Shown piece by piece: positions 10,333-20,421 of a stretch of 64,000 nt of DNA. The stretch spans positions 3,360,001-3,424,000 of the forward strand of contig CBDASK010000003.1 of assembly GCA_965199495.1 (NCBI GenBank). The letters are read 5' to 3'. The notes under the pieces are model-generated. The model had not been told where the DNA came from, made no database searches, and worked only from the letters and a program-made list of their open reading frames with translations. This DNA comes from Abditibacterium sp. (GTDB lineage Bacteria > Armatimonadota > Abditibacteriia > Abditibacteriales > Abditibacteriaceae). The translations under genes and the position numbers were made by a program. Numbering within the stretch: position 1 is the stretch's first letter; the number at the start of each line of letters is the position of its first letter.

Positions 10333-11346
10333 ATGAAACCTCTTGGCGTTTGCGGCGGCTTAGCCGCGTTTTTAACAGCGGCCTTGTTTATCGAGGCACC
10401 CTCGTTGGCACAGCCCACAACCGGGCCGCAACCGGTGAAAGTTATAAGGCCGCTCGACGCGAGCGTTCGGGATTATGCCGAACTCGATTTGCGGGTTTCG
10501 CCGCGCTACGCTGTGGCAGGCGCGGACTCGGCTTACACGCGCTTCGACTTACAAACCGGCGCGACATTGCCGCTGAAAAATGCCACCTTTATGTCGGACG
10601 ACGGATCGCTGGGCTTTCTCGAAATCAGCGACCTTTTGGCGTTGCAACTGCGCAAAGCTGGCAATCCCACCGCGATTTATCAGGCTCCGCCTTCCAAGCC
10701 GGGAAAGGCCACTCTGATTTCCGTGGGGCAACGCCCCGATTTTGTTCGAGTGACTCCGCAAACCAATCGCGTGGAGATGATTCAGGGCGGCTTTTATTGT
10801 CGCTGGAATCAGACCTCGCGCGCGCTGCAACGCCGCGTTGCCATTGGCAATATCGGTTCGGCTCAGACGGTTTCGCGCGATGGAGAAACCGTCATTTGCG
10901 CGGCTAAAAGCGCCATTTATCGCAACTCGACGCGCGCCGGACAAAAGCCCGTCAAGGTTTCGTTTCAGGGTTTTAATGTTTCCAAGGCCCGGCAAATTTT
11001 GCCCGATGGCAGCACCGCGATTTACGAAGCTGTCGCAGCGGCGGGCGGCAAAAGCGCGCCGTTATTGCGCATTGTCAATACCAAAAACGGGCGCGAACTG
11101 TGGAACGTAAAATGGAAAGCCGATGCGTCCGGTTATCACGATGCCGCCGTTTTCTCATCGGATGAAACGCTGCTGGCGATTCCGTTTACCGTGCGGAATC
11201 TATGGGAAATCCGCGCGACGAAAACTGGCGCATTGTTGCGCACTCTGCCGTTATTATCCAACGTGCAAGCCGCCGCGTTTTCGCCTGATAACGCCACGCT
11301 TTACAGCGCCGCCGATGGCGTATTGTATCGCCAAAGCGCGCGCTAA
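10333..11346 (+). CDS. exported WD40/beta-propeller-like protein, paralog 3
   Basis: Signal peptide; ends FSPDNATLYSAADGVLYRQSAR. Confidence 0.75.
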   Translation: MKPLGVCGGLAAFLTAALFIEAPSLAQPTTGPQPVKVIRPLDASVRDYAELDLRVSPRYAVAGADSAYTRFDLQTGATLPLKNATFMSDDGSLGFLEISDLLALQLRKAGNPTAIYQAPPSKPGKATLISVGQRPDFVRVTPQTNRVEMIQGGFYCRWNQTSRALQRRVAIGNIGSAQTVSRDGETVICAAKSAIYRNSTRAGQKPVKVSFQGFNVSKARQILPDGSTAIYEAVAAAGGKSAPLLRIVNTKNGRELWNVKWKADASGYHDAAVFSSDETLLAIPFTVRNLWEIRATKTGALLRTLPLLSNVQAAAFSPDNATLYSAADGVLYRQSAR

Positions 11347-11404
11347 AAACGTGCGCCACAGTCGAGGCCAAACGGTTTCGGCCTTTTGGGTTTATGCTTG
11401 AGTT

Positions 11405-12412
11405 ATGAAACCACAACAACGCGGCTGGATTTTTTTGTGCGCACTTTTGCCGTTACTTTTTGGCGGTTGGGCGTTGTTTTTGTCGCGACGGGCGCCGCGT
11501 TTTGGGCAGGAATGGCAACCGCAACGCTTGGGCAGTTTCTATGTTGAGACCCAAGCGGCTAATCCCGAATTGACGATATACGCGACCAAAGATGTCGTGC
11601 GCAGCAGTCACTATATTTTCGACTTGAAAACCAATAAAGGGCGCTATTCGGTTTATGGAAATGTGACGGGCGATGGTGCTGAAATGTGGGATTTGGTCGA
11701 GGACGCGCAAAAAACCTTGCATCTGCGCGTGGCGGGCGGCAAAAATCCGTTTCGTTATGAGGTGCCCGCCGCTTTGCAAAAGACGATTCGCAAAGACATC
11801 GGAGAGCAGACCGGCGCCGATTTCTTTCAGTGGGACGATAAAGTCGGTTTGTTGGCCAACACGCGTTTGTATCGGTGGCAGCAACGCGTCGCCAAGCCGC
11901 TCAGCCCGCTCAAAATTTCGGCGTCGGGCGATGGCATTGGCACCATTAACCAAGCTCGCAACGAGATAATTTATGCAGATGTCGCGGCGATTACGCGGTT
12001 TTCTCTGCGCGATGGCAAAATCATCAAACGTCTGCGCCCGCAGACCAGCGAGGATGTCGAATGGGTCTCACTTTCGGGCGCCGGGCGCTATGTGGGTTAT
12101 GGCGCGCCATTGAACTCTCATGGCACGAGTCGTCGCTTAAAATGGCAAATCTATCGGGTCGCCACCGAAAAATTCGTGTGGAGTTTCGAGACGCAAGACG
12201 AAGCCACGTCGGCTTTCTTCGCACGGGACGGGACGCGTCATGTGCTGGCGGTGCCTGCGCGCCAACTCTGGGAAATTCGCGATGGCGCAACCGGCAAAAT
12301 TCTGCGCGTCTTGCCGATGCTGCCGGGCACACGCGCGGGCGACCTTTCGCCCGATGGTGCCACGCTTTACTCGGTCGCAAACGGCGTTCTGTATCGCCAA
12401 CGCGCGCGCTAA
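11405..12412 (+). CDS. membrane-anchored WD40/beta-propeller-like protein, paralog 4
   Basis: N-terminal TM helix; ends LSPDGATLYSVANGVLYRQRAR. Confidence 0.75.
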   Translation: MKPQQRGWIFLCALLPLLFGGWALFLSRRAPRFGQEWQPQRLGSFYVETQAANPELTIYATKDVVRSSHYIFDLKTNKGRYSVYGNVTGDGAEMWDLVEDAQKTLHLRVAGGKNPFRYEVPAALQKTIRKDIGEQTGADFFQWDDKVGLLANTRLYRWQQRVAKPLSPLKISASGDGIGTINQARNEIIYADVAAITRFSLRDGKIIKRLRPQTSEDVEWVSLSGAGRYVGYGAPLNSHGTSRRLKWQIYRVATEKFVWSFETQDEATSAFFARDGTRHVLAVPARQLWEIRDGATGKILRVLPMLPGTRAGDLSPDGATLYSVANGVLYRQRAR

Positions 12413-12504
12413 ACTTTAGGATATGAATCGTCGCCCCACCGCGCGTCATCGCGGTTTCGGGACTCATCAAACCGGCGCTAAACTTTAGGATATGAATCGT
12501 CGCC
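12406..12504 (+). repeat. exact 30-bp direct repeat (12406-12435, 12475-12504) with a 39-bp spacer
   Basis: gcgctaaactttaggatatgaatcgtcgcc occurs twice. Confidence 0.95.
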
Positions 12505-13472
12505 TCCTTCTCATTGCGCTTGCTGTCGCGTTGCCGGTTGTCAGTTTTGCCGCGCCGAAAAAGGCGCCCATATTTTCCGCGAAATTCCGTCCGATTGTGG
12601 TGGGCAAAGTCGCGGGCGCCGACTCCGCTTTTGACGCCACTACGCGCTATCTGTTGGTTTACGGAAATAAAACTGGCGAGACTTTGTTCGATCTGAAAAC
12701 CGGCGCGCGACGGCCTTTGCAGGAAAGCGAGGGCATCGCTTCCAACGGCGCTTGGAAGTGGAAGTTACGCTTTGGTCGCACCGTCCAATTGGAGTTGCGT
12801 CACGCCAACGGCCCCAGCTCGCGTTACGATTGCCCAAAGTTCGAGGGCGACGGAATGAAGCCGCTATCGCCCGATTGGATTCGCATCGCGCCCGAACGCA
12901 ATCGGCTCGAAGCGTTGTTGATGAACCGTTGCTATCGCTGGGAATTGCGGTCGGGGCGCCTGATTTCTAATGTTGCAATGCCGTGTTTTGACGGCTCCGT
13001 CGCCGCATCATCCACGTCGCCCGATGTTTTGGTCAAAGCGAGCGATAATGGCACTGGCATTAATTTCATGTCCATCGGTTCGGGACGGCGAGTTCGTCAC
13101 GTCACCCTGCGAGCGCCATCGAATTTTACCGATGACCAATTCGCGCCCGGTGGTTCTTACGCGATTTGCACTGATAATAATCGCATTGGGCCATCCGAGC
13201 GCAATTTGGTGGTAGACACCCGCACCGGGCGCGTGTTGTGGAAGTTTGCCCTGACCCATTGGCGTGATAGCTCTTGCTTCTCGCCCGATGGAAAGCGTTT
13301 GGCGGTGCCGCAGAGCAAACGCCAGCAATGGGAAATCCGTGACTCTAAAACTGGCGTAATTCTGCACATATTGCCGCTTGTGACCGACGTTCACTCCGCC
13401 CCGTTTTCGCCTGATGGGTTTACGCTTTATTCCGTCGCCAACGGTGTGTTGTATAAGCAACGCGCGCGCTAA
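12492..13472 (+). CDS. exported WD40/beta-propeller-like protein, paralog 5
   Basis: MNRRLLLIALAV signal peptide; ends FSPDGFTLYSVANGVLYKQRAR. Confidence 0.75.
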   Translation: MNRRLLLIALAVALPVVSFAAPKKAPIFSAKFRPIVVGKVAGADSAFDATTRYLLVYGNKTGETLFDLKTGARRPLQESEGIASNGAWKWKLRFGRTVQLELRHANGPSSRYDCPKFEGDGMKPLSPDWIRIAPERNRLEALLMNRCYRWELRSGRLISNVAMPCFDGSVAASSTSPDVLVKASDNGTGINFMSIGSGRRVRHVTLRAPSNFTDDQFAPGGSYAICTDNNRIGPSERNLVVDTRTGRVLWKFALTHWRDSSCFSPDGKRLAVPQSKRQQWEIRDSKTGVILHILPLVTDVHSAPFSPDGFTLYSVANGVLYKQRAR

Positions 13473-14605
13473 AATACCACGCCGACGTTGCCGTAAAGCC
13501 GAAATTTATCGCCGTTCAAACGGCGGCCATAACCCAAATCCACGTAACGGTTCACGGTCAATCCAACGCCCGCATACGGGCCGCGTCCGCTCAAACCGGC
13601 GTCGGCATGAACGAGCGATTGGTGATTCGATTTTTTGATAATCGGATATTGGAAAGTCACGGCGGGCGTGATGTTGGAATCCAAACCAAACAGCAAACCG
13701 GTTTTGACGGTTGGCGCGTAGACGCGGGGAATCGGCGCGTCGGTTTTGCCGTTCCAGTTGTTAGTCAAAAATTTATAGGTCGCATTTTCGGCAGAAGTGA
13801 CGCCCAAAAATAATCCATAGTGGCCGATGTCGAGCCATTGAATTGGCGGACGGCCCAACGCTTCCCACAGTTCGGTCGAGGCGCGGCGCGGGATGATTTG
13901 GTCACGCGCGGCTTGAATCATCAAAACGTGGCGTGGGCGGTTGCGGTCGGCGTAGTAAAGCGGGTCGGCCAGCGCCAAGTCGGCTTCGGTGATTTTAGCG
14001 GGGTCAATCGTTTTACGCACATTCAAGAACAGTTTGGCGAGCGTCGAGAGTTGCGCGATTTCTTTCAAGTCGCCACCGCCGACAAGTGCCACGCCGTTGT
14101 TGAGACGTTCGTCGCGGCCCATCGCCAGATGCGTGACAATCGCCCCCAGACTGACGCCCGCGATGCCCAATTTGTCGGGATTCACTTCGGGTTGGGTTTG
14201 CAACCAATTGGCGATAGTCGAACAATCGGACGCCGCCTGATTGAACGCGCTCGCCAAAATTTTGGGGTCGTCGGACACGTAAAATTTGACTGGCGCGCGG
14301 CCAACGGCGCGGTCGTAATGATAGGGCAACTGCATCACGACGGCGTTGACGCCGCGCGCGCTGAGATATTTGGCGAAACGCTGCGAAACTTCGATGCCGC
14401 CGCCCAACAAATGCAACAGAATCGCGGCGGGCGCTTTTTGGCTGTTCACGTTCTGCGCGGGATAAAACGTCAGGTGAATCACGTCGTTGCGTGGGTAGCC
14501 GGAGTTGATGGCCGAGGGCAAAGTGACATCGCGCGTTTGTGCACCCGCTAAAGTCGGGAATAACGCAACGAGGAAAACGAGTAGAACGCGCGGGAAAAAT
14601 TTCAT
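13469..14605 (-). CDS. exported alpha/beta hydrolase
   Basis: Signal peptide; GVSLG nucleophile elbow, D..IP, GH catalytic triad pattern. Confidence 0.8.
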   Translation of the reverse strand: MKFFPRVLLVFLVALFPTLAGAQTRDVTLPSAINSGYPRNDVIHLTFYPAQNVNSQKAPAAILLHLLGGGIEVSQRFAKYLSARGVNAVVMQLPYHYDRAVGRAPVKFYVSDDPKILASAFNQAASDCSTIANWLQTQPEVNPDKLGIAGVSLGAIVTHLAMGRDERLNNGVALVGGGDLKEIAQLSTLAKLFLNVRKTIDPAKITEADLALADPLYYADRNRPRHVLMIQAARDQIIPRRASTELWEALGRPPIQWLDIGHYGLFLGVTSAENATYKFLTNNWNGKTDAPIPRVYAPTVKTGLLFGLDSNITPAVTFQYPIIKKSNHQSLVHADAGLSGRGPYAGVGLTVNRYVDLGYGRRLNGDKFRLYGNVGVVF

Positions 14606-14686
14606 CGGAAAACTTGGGTTTGACCCCTGATATTGTGGCATAGTTTGGCTGATAATTAAAAGAGTGCGTTTGCACAAACCGTTATA

Positions 14687-15373
14687 ATGGCCACATCTCG
14701 TCCCACTCCCCAACAAGTTTTGACCGATTTGCCGCTCGATGCGGCGCGCGAAGCCACTTGGCAGGGCTTCAAAGATGCGGGCGTGAAATCGCCGGTGATT
14801 GACGGCGAGCAAAGCGTCGTCGTCGGCACCACGGGCGACGGCGTTTTGCAGGCGGCGCGCGGCGTGCGCGCGACTTTCAGCGCCGAAATGGGCGGCACTT
14901 TAATTTCGCTCGAATCCAAACCGATCATGGGCGGCGTCATCGAAGCGCGCCGCGTCAAGCTCAAGCAAGCCGCCAAAGTCGCCGACGCGGTCGAAAAAGT
15001 CATCGAGCGCGGTTGGGAACGGCGCCCGACTTCGCACGAAATGGGCGCTCCCATGCCCGCAATGCCCGCGCCCATCGCAGCGCCCGGCGCGCCCGTGGCT
15101 GCTATGACCGGCGACCCATTTTATGGTCAGGTTTTACCGCACAAACAGGGCACGACTCTCATCATTTACGGCGTGCTGGGCCTGTTTTGCTGTCAAATTC
15201 TGGCGCCCTTTACATGGTATTATTGCAATGTCGCGCTCAGAAGTTACGGTGACATCGATCCAGGCGACAAAAGTTTGGTGAAAGTCGCGCGTATTTTGGG
15301 AATTATCGGTTGCCTGTTTTTGATAGGACGTATCGCGCTATTGGTCATCGGTAATAATCAACAAATTCGCTGA
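14687..15373 (+). CDS. hypothetical membrane protein (DUF4190-like C-terminus)
   Basis: Two C-terminal TM helices, GVLGLFCC...ILGIIG. Confidence 0.6.
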   Translation: MATSRPTPQQVLTDLPLDAAREATWQGFKDAGVKSPVIDGEQSVVVGTTGDGVLQAARGVRATFSAEMGGTLISLESKPIMGGVIEARRVKLKQAAKVADAVEKVIERGWERRPTSHEMGAPMPAMPAPIAAPGAPVAAMTGDPFYGQVLPHKQGTTLIIYGVLGLFCCQILAPFTWYYCNVALRSYGDIDPGDKSLVKVARILGIIGCLFLIGRIALLVIGNNQQIR

Positions 15374-16732
<1,359 letters not shown>

Positions 16733-16733
16733 G

Positions 16734-16877
16734 TTTTTAGCCCCAGAGTTCACAGAAAACGCGCAGAGGGACGCAGAGAAGCACGAAGCCATTGAAAATT
16801 ACCGGAAAGAGATTTTCTATTGTTTTTAATTGCTTCATGTTTCTCTGTGCGCTTTCTGTGAACTCTGGGGCCAAAAA
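16734..16877. repeat. CACAGAG-unit palindromic element, copy 1
   Basis: gccccagagttcacagaaaacgcgcagag ... ctctgtgcgctttctgtgaactctggggc. Confidence 0.85.
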
Positions 16878-16981
16878 AATTGCAAACTATTTGGAGCGAT
16901 AAAGTTTAAATTTCGTTAGTTACGCGTTAAAATGCGTGCAGAGTTTTCGCCGCGTTTGCTTCGGAACTTCATCACACTCTC

Positions 16982-17410
16982 ATGCCATCGCCCCGTTCCA
17001 CCAGTTCTGCTCCCCCAAAAAGTTCCGCGCCTCGCTCCAAGCCGAGTGGGAAAAACGCGGCGCCGCGCCTCAATCCCAACGATGCGGGCGTGAAACGGCG
17101 CGCGCTGCAACGCACTCGGCGGCGGCGCAATAATACGTTGGCGTGGGTATTTTTTATCGGTGCGACGGTGATTGTTAGCGGCGCGGCGACTGGCATCTGG
17201 GGCGAATACGAACGTGTCCGCGAAAAAATTGACGTGAAAGAAGCCACGCTGTCGGATTTGCACGCCCAACTCGACCGCAAACAACGCCGCGTTTCGGCGC
17301 TCGATAAACCCGAAGGCAAAGAACGCGCCCTCGTTGAAGGCGGCTATCTGGGCAAAGACGAGCGGTTTTTGCTGTTTCCCAAAGATAAATCGAAAGCGGG
17401 CAAAGAATAG
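16982..17410 (+). CDS. septum formation initiator (FtsB/DivIC-like)
   Basis: Basic N-terminus, single TM, coiled coil, E..A...GY...ER tail; lies directly after eno, as ftsB often does. Confidence 0.65.
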   Translation: MPSPRSTSSAPPKSSAPRSKPSGKNAAPRLNPNDAGVKRRALQRTRRRRNNTLAWVFFIGATVIVSGAATGIWGEYERVREKIDVKEATLSDLHAQLDRKQRRVSALDKPEGKERALVEGGYLGKDERFLLFPKDKSKAGKE

Positions 17411-17437
17411 ATTTGGGCGAAATGCAGTCGTTTTGCT

Positions 17438-17513
17438 AAAACAGAACCCGGAGCGGGAGCGACGCGGCTTTAAACGTTTAAAGCCGCGTCGCTCCCGCTC
17501 CGGGTTCTGTTTT
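17438..17513. repeat. perfect loop-less 76-bp palindrome between convergent genes
   Basis: aaaacagaacccggagcgggagcgacgcggctttaaac|gtttaaagccgcgtcgctcccgctccgggttctgtttt. Confidence 0.95.
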
Positions 17514-17523
17514 TATTTGGTTC

Positions 17524-18192
17524 TCATGGCGCCCGTCGCATCGCATAAGGCGCCATCACTGGCGAAACCACGCGTTCCCAGCCGCCACGCATCACGTTAT
17601 CGTAAGCCACGCGCATCTGCTCGGCGCACTCGTTCGCGTTCAGGCCGCCAACGCCCGTTCCCAAACCAGAAACCGTGACGCCATAAATCGGTTGCTCGTT
17701 GGCTTGGTTGTGCTTTAAAATCGCCACCAAAACCGCGCGCATTGCCAGATAAGCGTTGATTGTGCCTTCGATGCCACCGGGAATTCTCATCGTGGGCGCC
17801 GCGATTAAAAACGGAAAGCGCCGGTGTTCCATCGGGATAACAACAGCCACGCCGACGGGCCGTTCGCCCCAAAATTGTTCGCGAATCGTCGCCATCAACG
17901 CGCTTTGCGCGGCGCCGCCGAAATAATCGTCCACGATTTTATCCAATCCGCCGCCCATATCGCCGTAACTGTTGGCGGGACAAACCAGCGCCGGGCCATC
18001 GGTTTCGAGCAAGCTGCCCTCGATAATTTCGACCGCGCCATAACCTGCAAATTCGCGCGCCCATGCTTTTACGATGTCGGCGTTGATGTCGCACAGCGCG
18101 ATTTTAAGCGCGTCGTCGGGCAAATCTGCGGCGAATTCTTGGGCGATATGAAGGCGTCGCCGCCGCAAATGGCTGGCAATGGTTCGTCGCAT
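17524..18192 (-). CDS. macro domain protein
   Basis: PANSYGDMGGGLD, APTMR, GLGTGVGG motifs. Confidence 0.9.
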   Translation of the reverse strand: MRRTIASHLRRRRLHIAQEFAADLPDDALKIALCDINADIVKAWAREFAGYGAVEIIEGSLLETDGPALVCPANSYGDMGGGLDKIVDDYFGGAAQSALMATIREQFWGERPVGVAVVIPMEHRRFPFLIAAPTMRIPGGIEGTINAYLAMRAVLVAILKHNQANEQPIYGVTVSGLGTGVGGLNANECAEQMRVAYDNVMRGGWERVVSPVMAPYAMRRAP

Positions 18193-18244
18193 AAAGCAAA
18201 TTTAAACTGTGGCTTTGCTTTCGATTGTTGGGAATTGATTTGTT

Positions 18245-18844
18245 ATGCCGCATCGCGTTATTTTTGCCAACCGCTTGGGATGTTTGTCTTATCTTCTGGT
18301 TTTTGCCGCGCTAACAATTTTATTTATCGTGCTCTGCCTGAGCGATTATCTGTCGTGGCCAGAAAATATTCTCCACGCGATTTTCGGTGCGATTCCTTTT
18401 GTTTTTCTCTGGTGGTATGGAATTGATGGTCTGCAATCTTTATGGGCGAAACGCTTGGAGTTGAGCGAAGAACAAATCATTTATTGCGATGGAGAAACGC
18501 ACTCAACCGTTGCGATTGCGGATTTGTTGAAGGTGTCTGTTACTCGCGGCGCTGGTTTTGACAGCGGCCCTTGGACGACATTAAATTTAGAATCGCGCGA
18601 TGATAAAACTACGCCGCACTGGAACATGACCCCATTCACCTTGTGCGTCACTCTGCAAATCGCCGGACAATTGGCGAGATTAGCCGATTTGCAAGGTGTC
18701 ATTGTAGAGCAAGACAAGAGCGATGAAAAAAGTTTGCGCCGCGCCGCGCGTGGGATGGGCACTCTCACGCTTTTAACGCTCGAAGAAGAAAAAACGGTTT
18801 GGGAAAATAGGCCGCAAACCTTTCTTTTTAAGCCGCGACGCTGA
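18245..18844 (+). CDS. hypothetical membrane protein
   Basis: Two N-terminal TM helices; locally lower GC. Confidence 0.6.
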   Translation: MPHRVIFANRLGCLSYLLVFAALTILFIVLCLSDYLSWPENILHAIFGAIPFVFLWWYGIDGLQSLWAKRLELSEEQIIYCDGETHSTVAIADLLKVSVTRGAGFDSGPWTTLNLESRDDKTTPHWNMTPFTLCVTLQIAGQLARLADLQGVIVEQDKSDEKSLRRAARGMGTLTLLTLEEEKTVWENRPQTFLFKPRR

Positions 18845-18868
18845 CGCGTTTTCCTAAACTCTCCCGCG

Positions 18869-20308
18869 TTGAATTCTTCTCTTTCGCCCGCGCCGCAAAA
18901 GCGCATTGGGCCGCTTATTCTCGCTCTGGCTTTCGGTTGGTGGCTGGCGGGCGCGTTTCAAATTTTTCTCTTGGGTTGGGTTGCGACGGCGCCCTTATGG
19001 CTTTTGGTCACCGATTTACCAACGCGACAGCGCGCGCGGTTGGGTTATGTCGCGGGCTTTGTTTCGTTCTGGCTCATCAATTGGTGGCTGGTGCCGACAA
19101 TAACCAATGGCGCCGCCGCTATCGGCGCTTCGCCATTGCTGGGCTTTGTTTTGTCCCTCGTCGCCGTCACTTTTATCGCGGCGGTTCACGGACTGCAACC
19201 GATGATTTGCGCGATTTTGGCGCGCGGCAAAAGTTGGTGGACGCCGTGGCTGTTAGCGGCGGCGTGGACATTTTTGGACTACTTGCGCGATCAAGGGCCG
19301 CTCCGCCATTCGTGGGGCGCGCTGGGTTTCACGCAGACGACCGACGCATTATTGCTACGCGGTTCGCCGGTTATCGGCCAGCATGGATTAACGTTTTTAT
19401 GCGCCTTCATCGGCGCGTGTGCGGCGTTGTGGTGGATGTCGCGCCAACGGATTTTCGCGGCGATGCCGGTTGGCGTTTTGGTTTTGTGGCACGCGGTTGG
19501 TTTGTTACCGCGCCCCATTTTATTCCCAGCGCTTGGGCCGACGCAAAATGTGCGCGTTTTGATCGTGCAAACCTACGTTTCGAGTCTGGGCAAAAACGGT
19601 GGCAACGGGCCGTTTCCGCAAGCGCTGAAGTTGACACGGGACGCGACGCGCAATCAGAAATACGATTTGATTTTGTGGCCGGAAACCACGATTGAACTGC
19701 GCAAAGCGGGCGACGGGTTTTATAGTGGTTCCGACTTGGCGCAGTGGCAATTGTTTGGGCCGAAAATTCCGCTCCTGACGGGCGCGCGCGCGACTTCGAC
19801 CGATGGCACCGAACGCAACGAAGCCGTTTTACTGATGCCTGACGGCAGCGCGCAGGGTTACGCAAAAACGCGATTGGTGCCGTTTGGCGAGCGCCCGCCG
19901 TTTGTGGAATGGTTGCCGTTTTTGGCTAATTTTGCGCCTCATCCGCTTATCGAACGCGGCGATGGGCCGAAAACTTTGTCGTTGCCGCTCGACGGCGAGC
20001 GCGATAGCAGCCACGCCGTTGGGATCAATCCGGCGATCTGTTTCGAGAGTTGTTTTCCGCTCTGGCTCGATGGCAAAAGCGCCGGTTTCAACGCGATTTT
20101 AACGAACGATGAATGGTTCGGTTGGACGGAAGCGCCGCGCCAACACCGGGCGATGGCGCAACTGCGCGCGGTCGAAACGGGTAGGCCCGTGATTCAAAGT
20201 TGCAACGGGCGCTACTCGTTTTATATCGGCGCAGACGGTAAGATATTAGCGACGACTCAAGGCAATGCCGCTCAAACGCTCGATGTGACGATTCCAGTTG
20301 CGCGATAG
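18869..20308 (+). CDS. lnt: apolipoprotein N-acyltransferase
   Basis: TM domain plus WPET, K.RLVPFGE, ICFES, TNDEWF, RAVE motifs. Confidence 0.92.
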   Translation: MNSSLSPAPQKRIGPLILALAFGWWLAGAFQIFLLGWVATAPLWLLVTDLPTRQRARLGYVAGFVSFWLINWWLVPTITNGAAAIGASPLLGFVLSLVAVTFIAAVHGLQPMICAILARGKSWWTPWLLAAAWTFLDYLRDQGPLRHSWGALGFTQTTDALLLRGSPVIGQHGLTFLCAFIGACAALWWMSRQRIFAAMPVGVLVLWHAVGLLPRPILFPALGPTQNVRVLIVQTYVSSLGKNGGNGPFPQALKLTRDATRNQKYDLILWPETTIELRKAGDGFYSGSDLAQWQLFGPKIPLLTGARATSTDGTERNEAVLLMPDGSAQGYAKTRLVPFGERPPFVEWLPFLANFAPHPLIERGDGPKTLSLPLDGERDSSHAVGINPAICFESCFPLWLDGKSAGFNAILTNDEWFGWTEAPRQHRAMAQLRAVETGRPVIQSCNGRYSFYIGADGKILATTQGNAAQTLDVTIPVAR

Positions 20309-20421
20309 GCGGATGTTTATGTCTGTCATTCAGCAACCGAGGGCTGGCAGAATCGTCTAAACTAATGTTCTCTTATTCGTCTGTGAAAACGGACGATTTG
20401 GTTTCAGAACTTCCAAATTCT

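Noticed and set aside
12406..12504. 30-bp repeat, 39-bp spacer, repeat as a mini CRISPR array
   Set aside because: Only two repeats, no cas genes, and the repeat is exactly a stop-to-start gene junction
2638..13472. Diversity-generating retroelement (Avd-like four-helix gene plus variable paralogs)
   Set aside because: No reverse transcriptase and no TR/VR pair with adenine-specific differences; the paralog C-termini are conserved, not variable
5595..13472. Integron cassette array
   Set aside because: No integrase and no attC-like palindromes between the genes; several spacers are only about 10 bp
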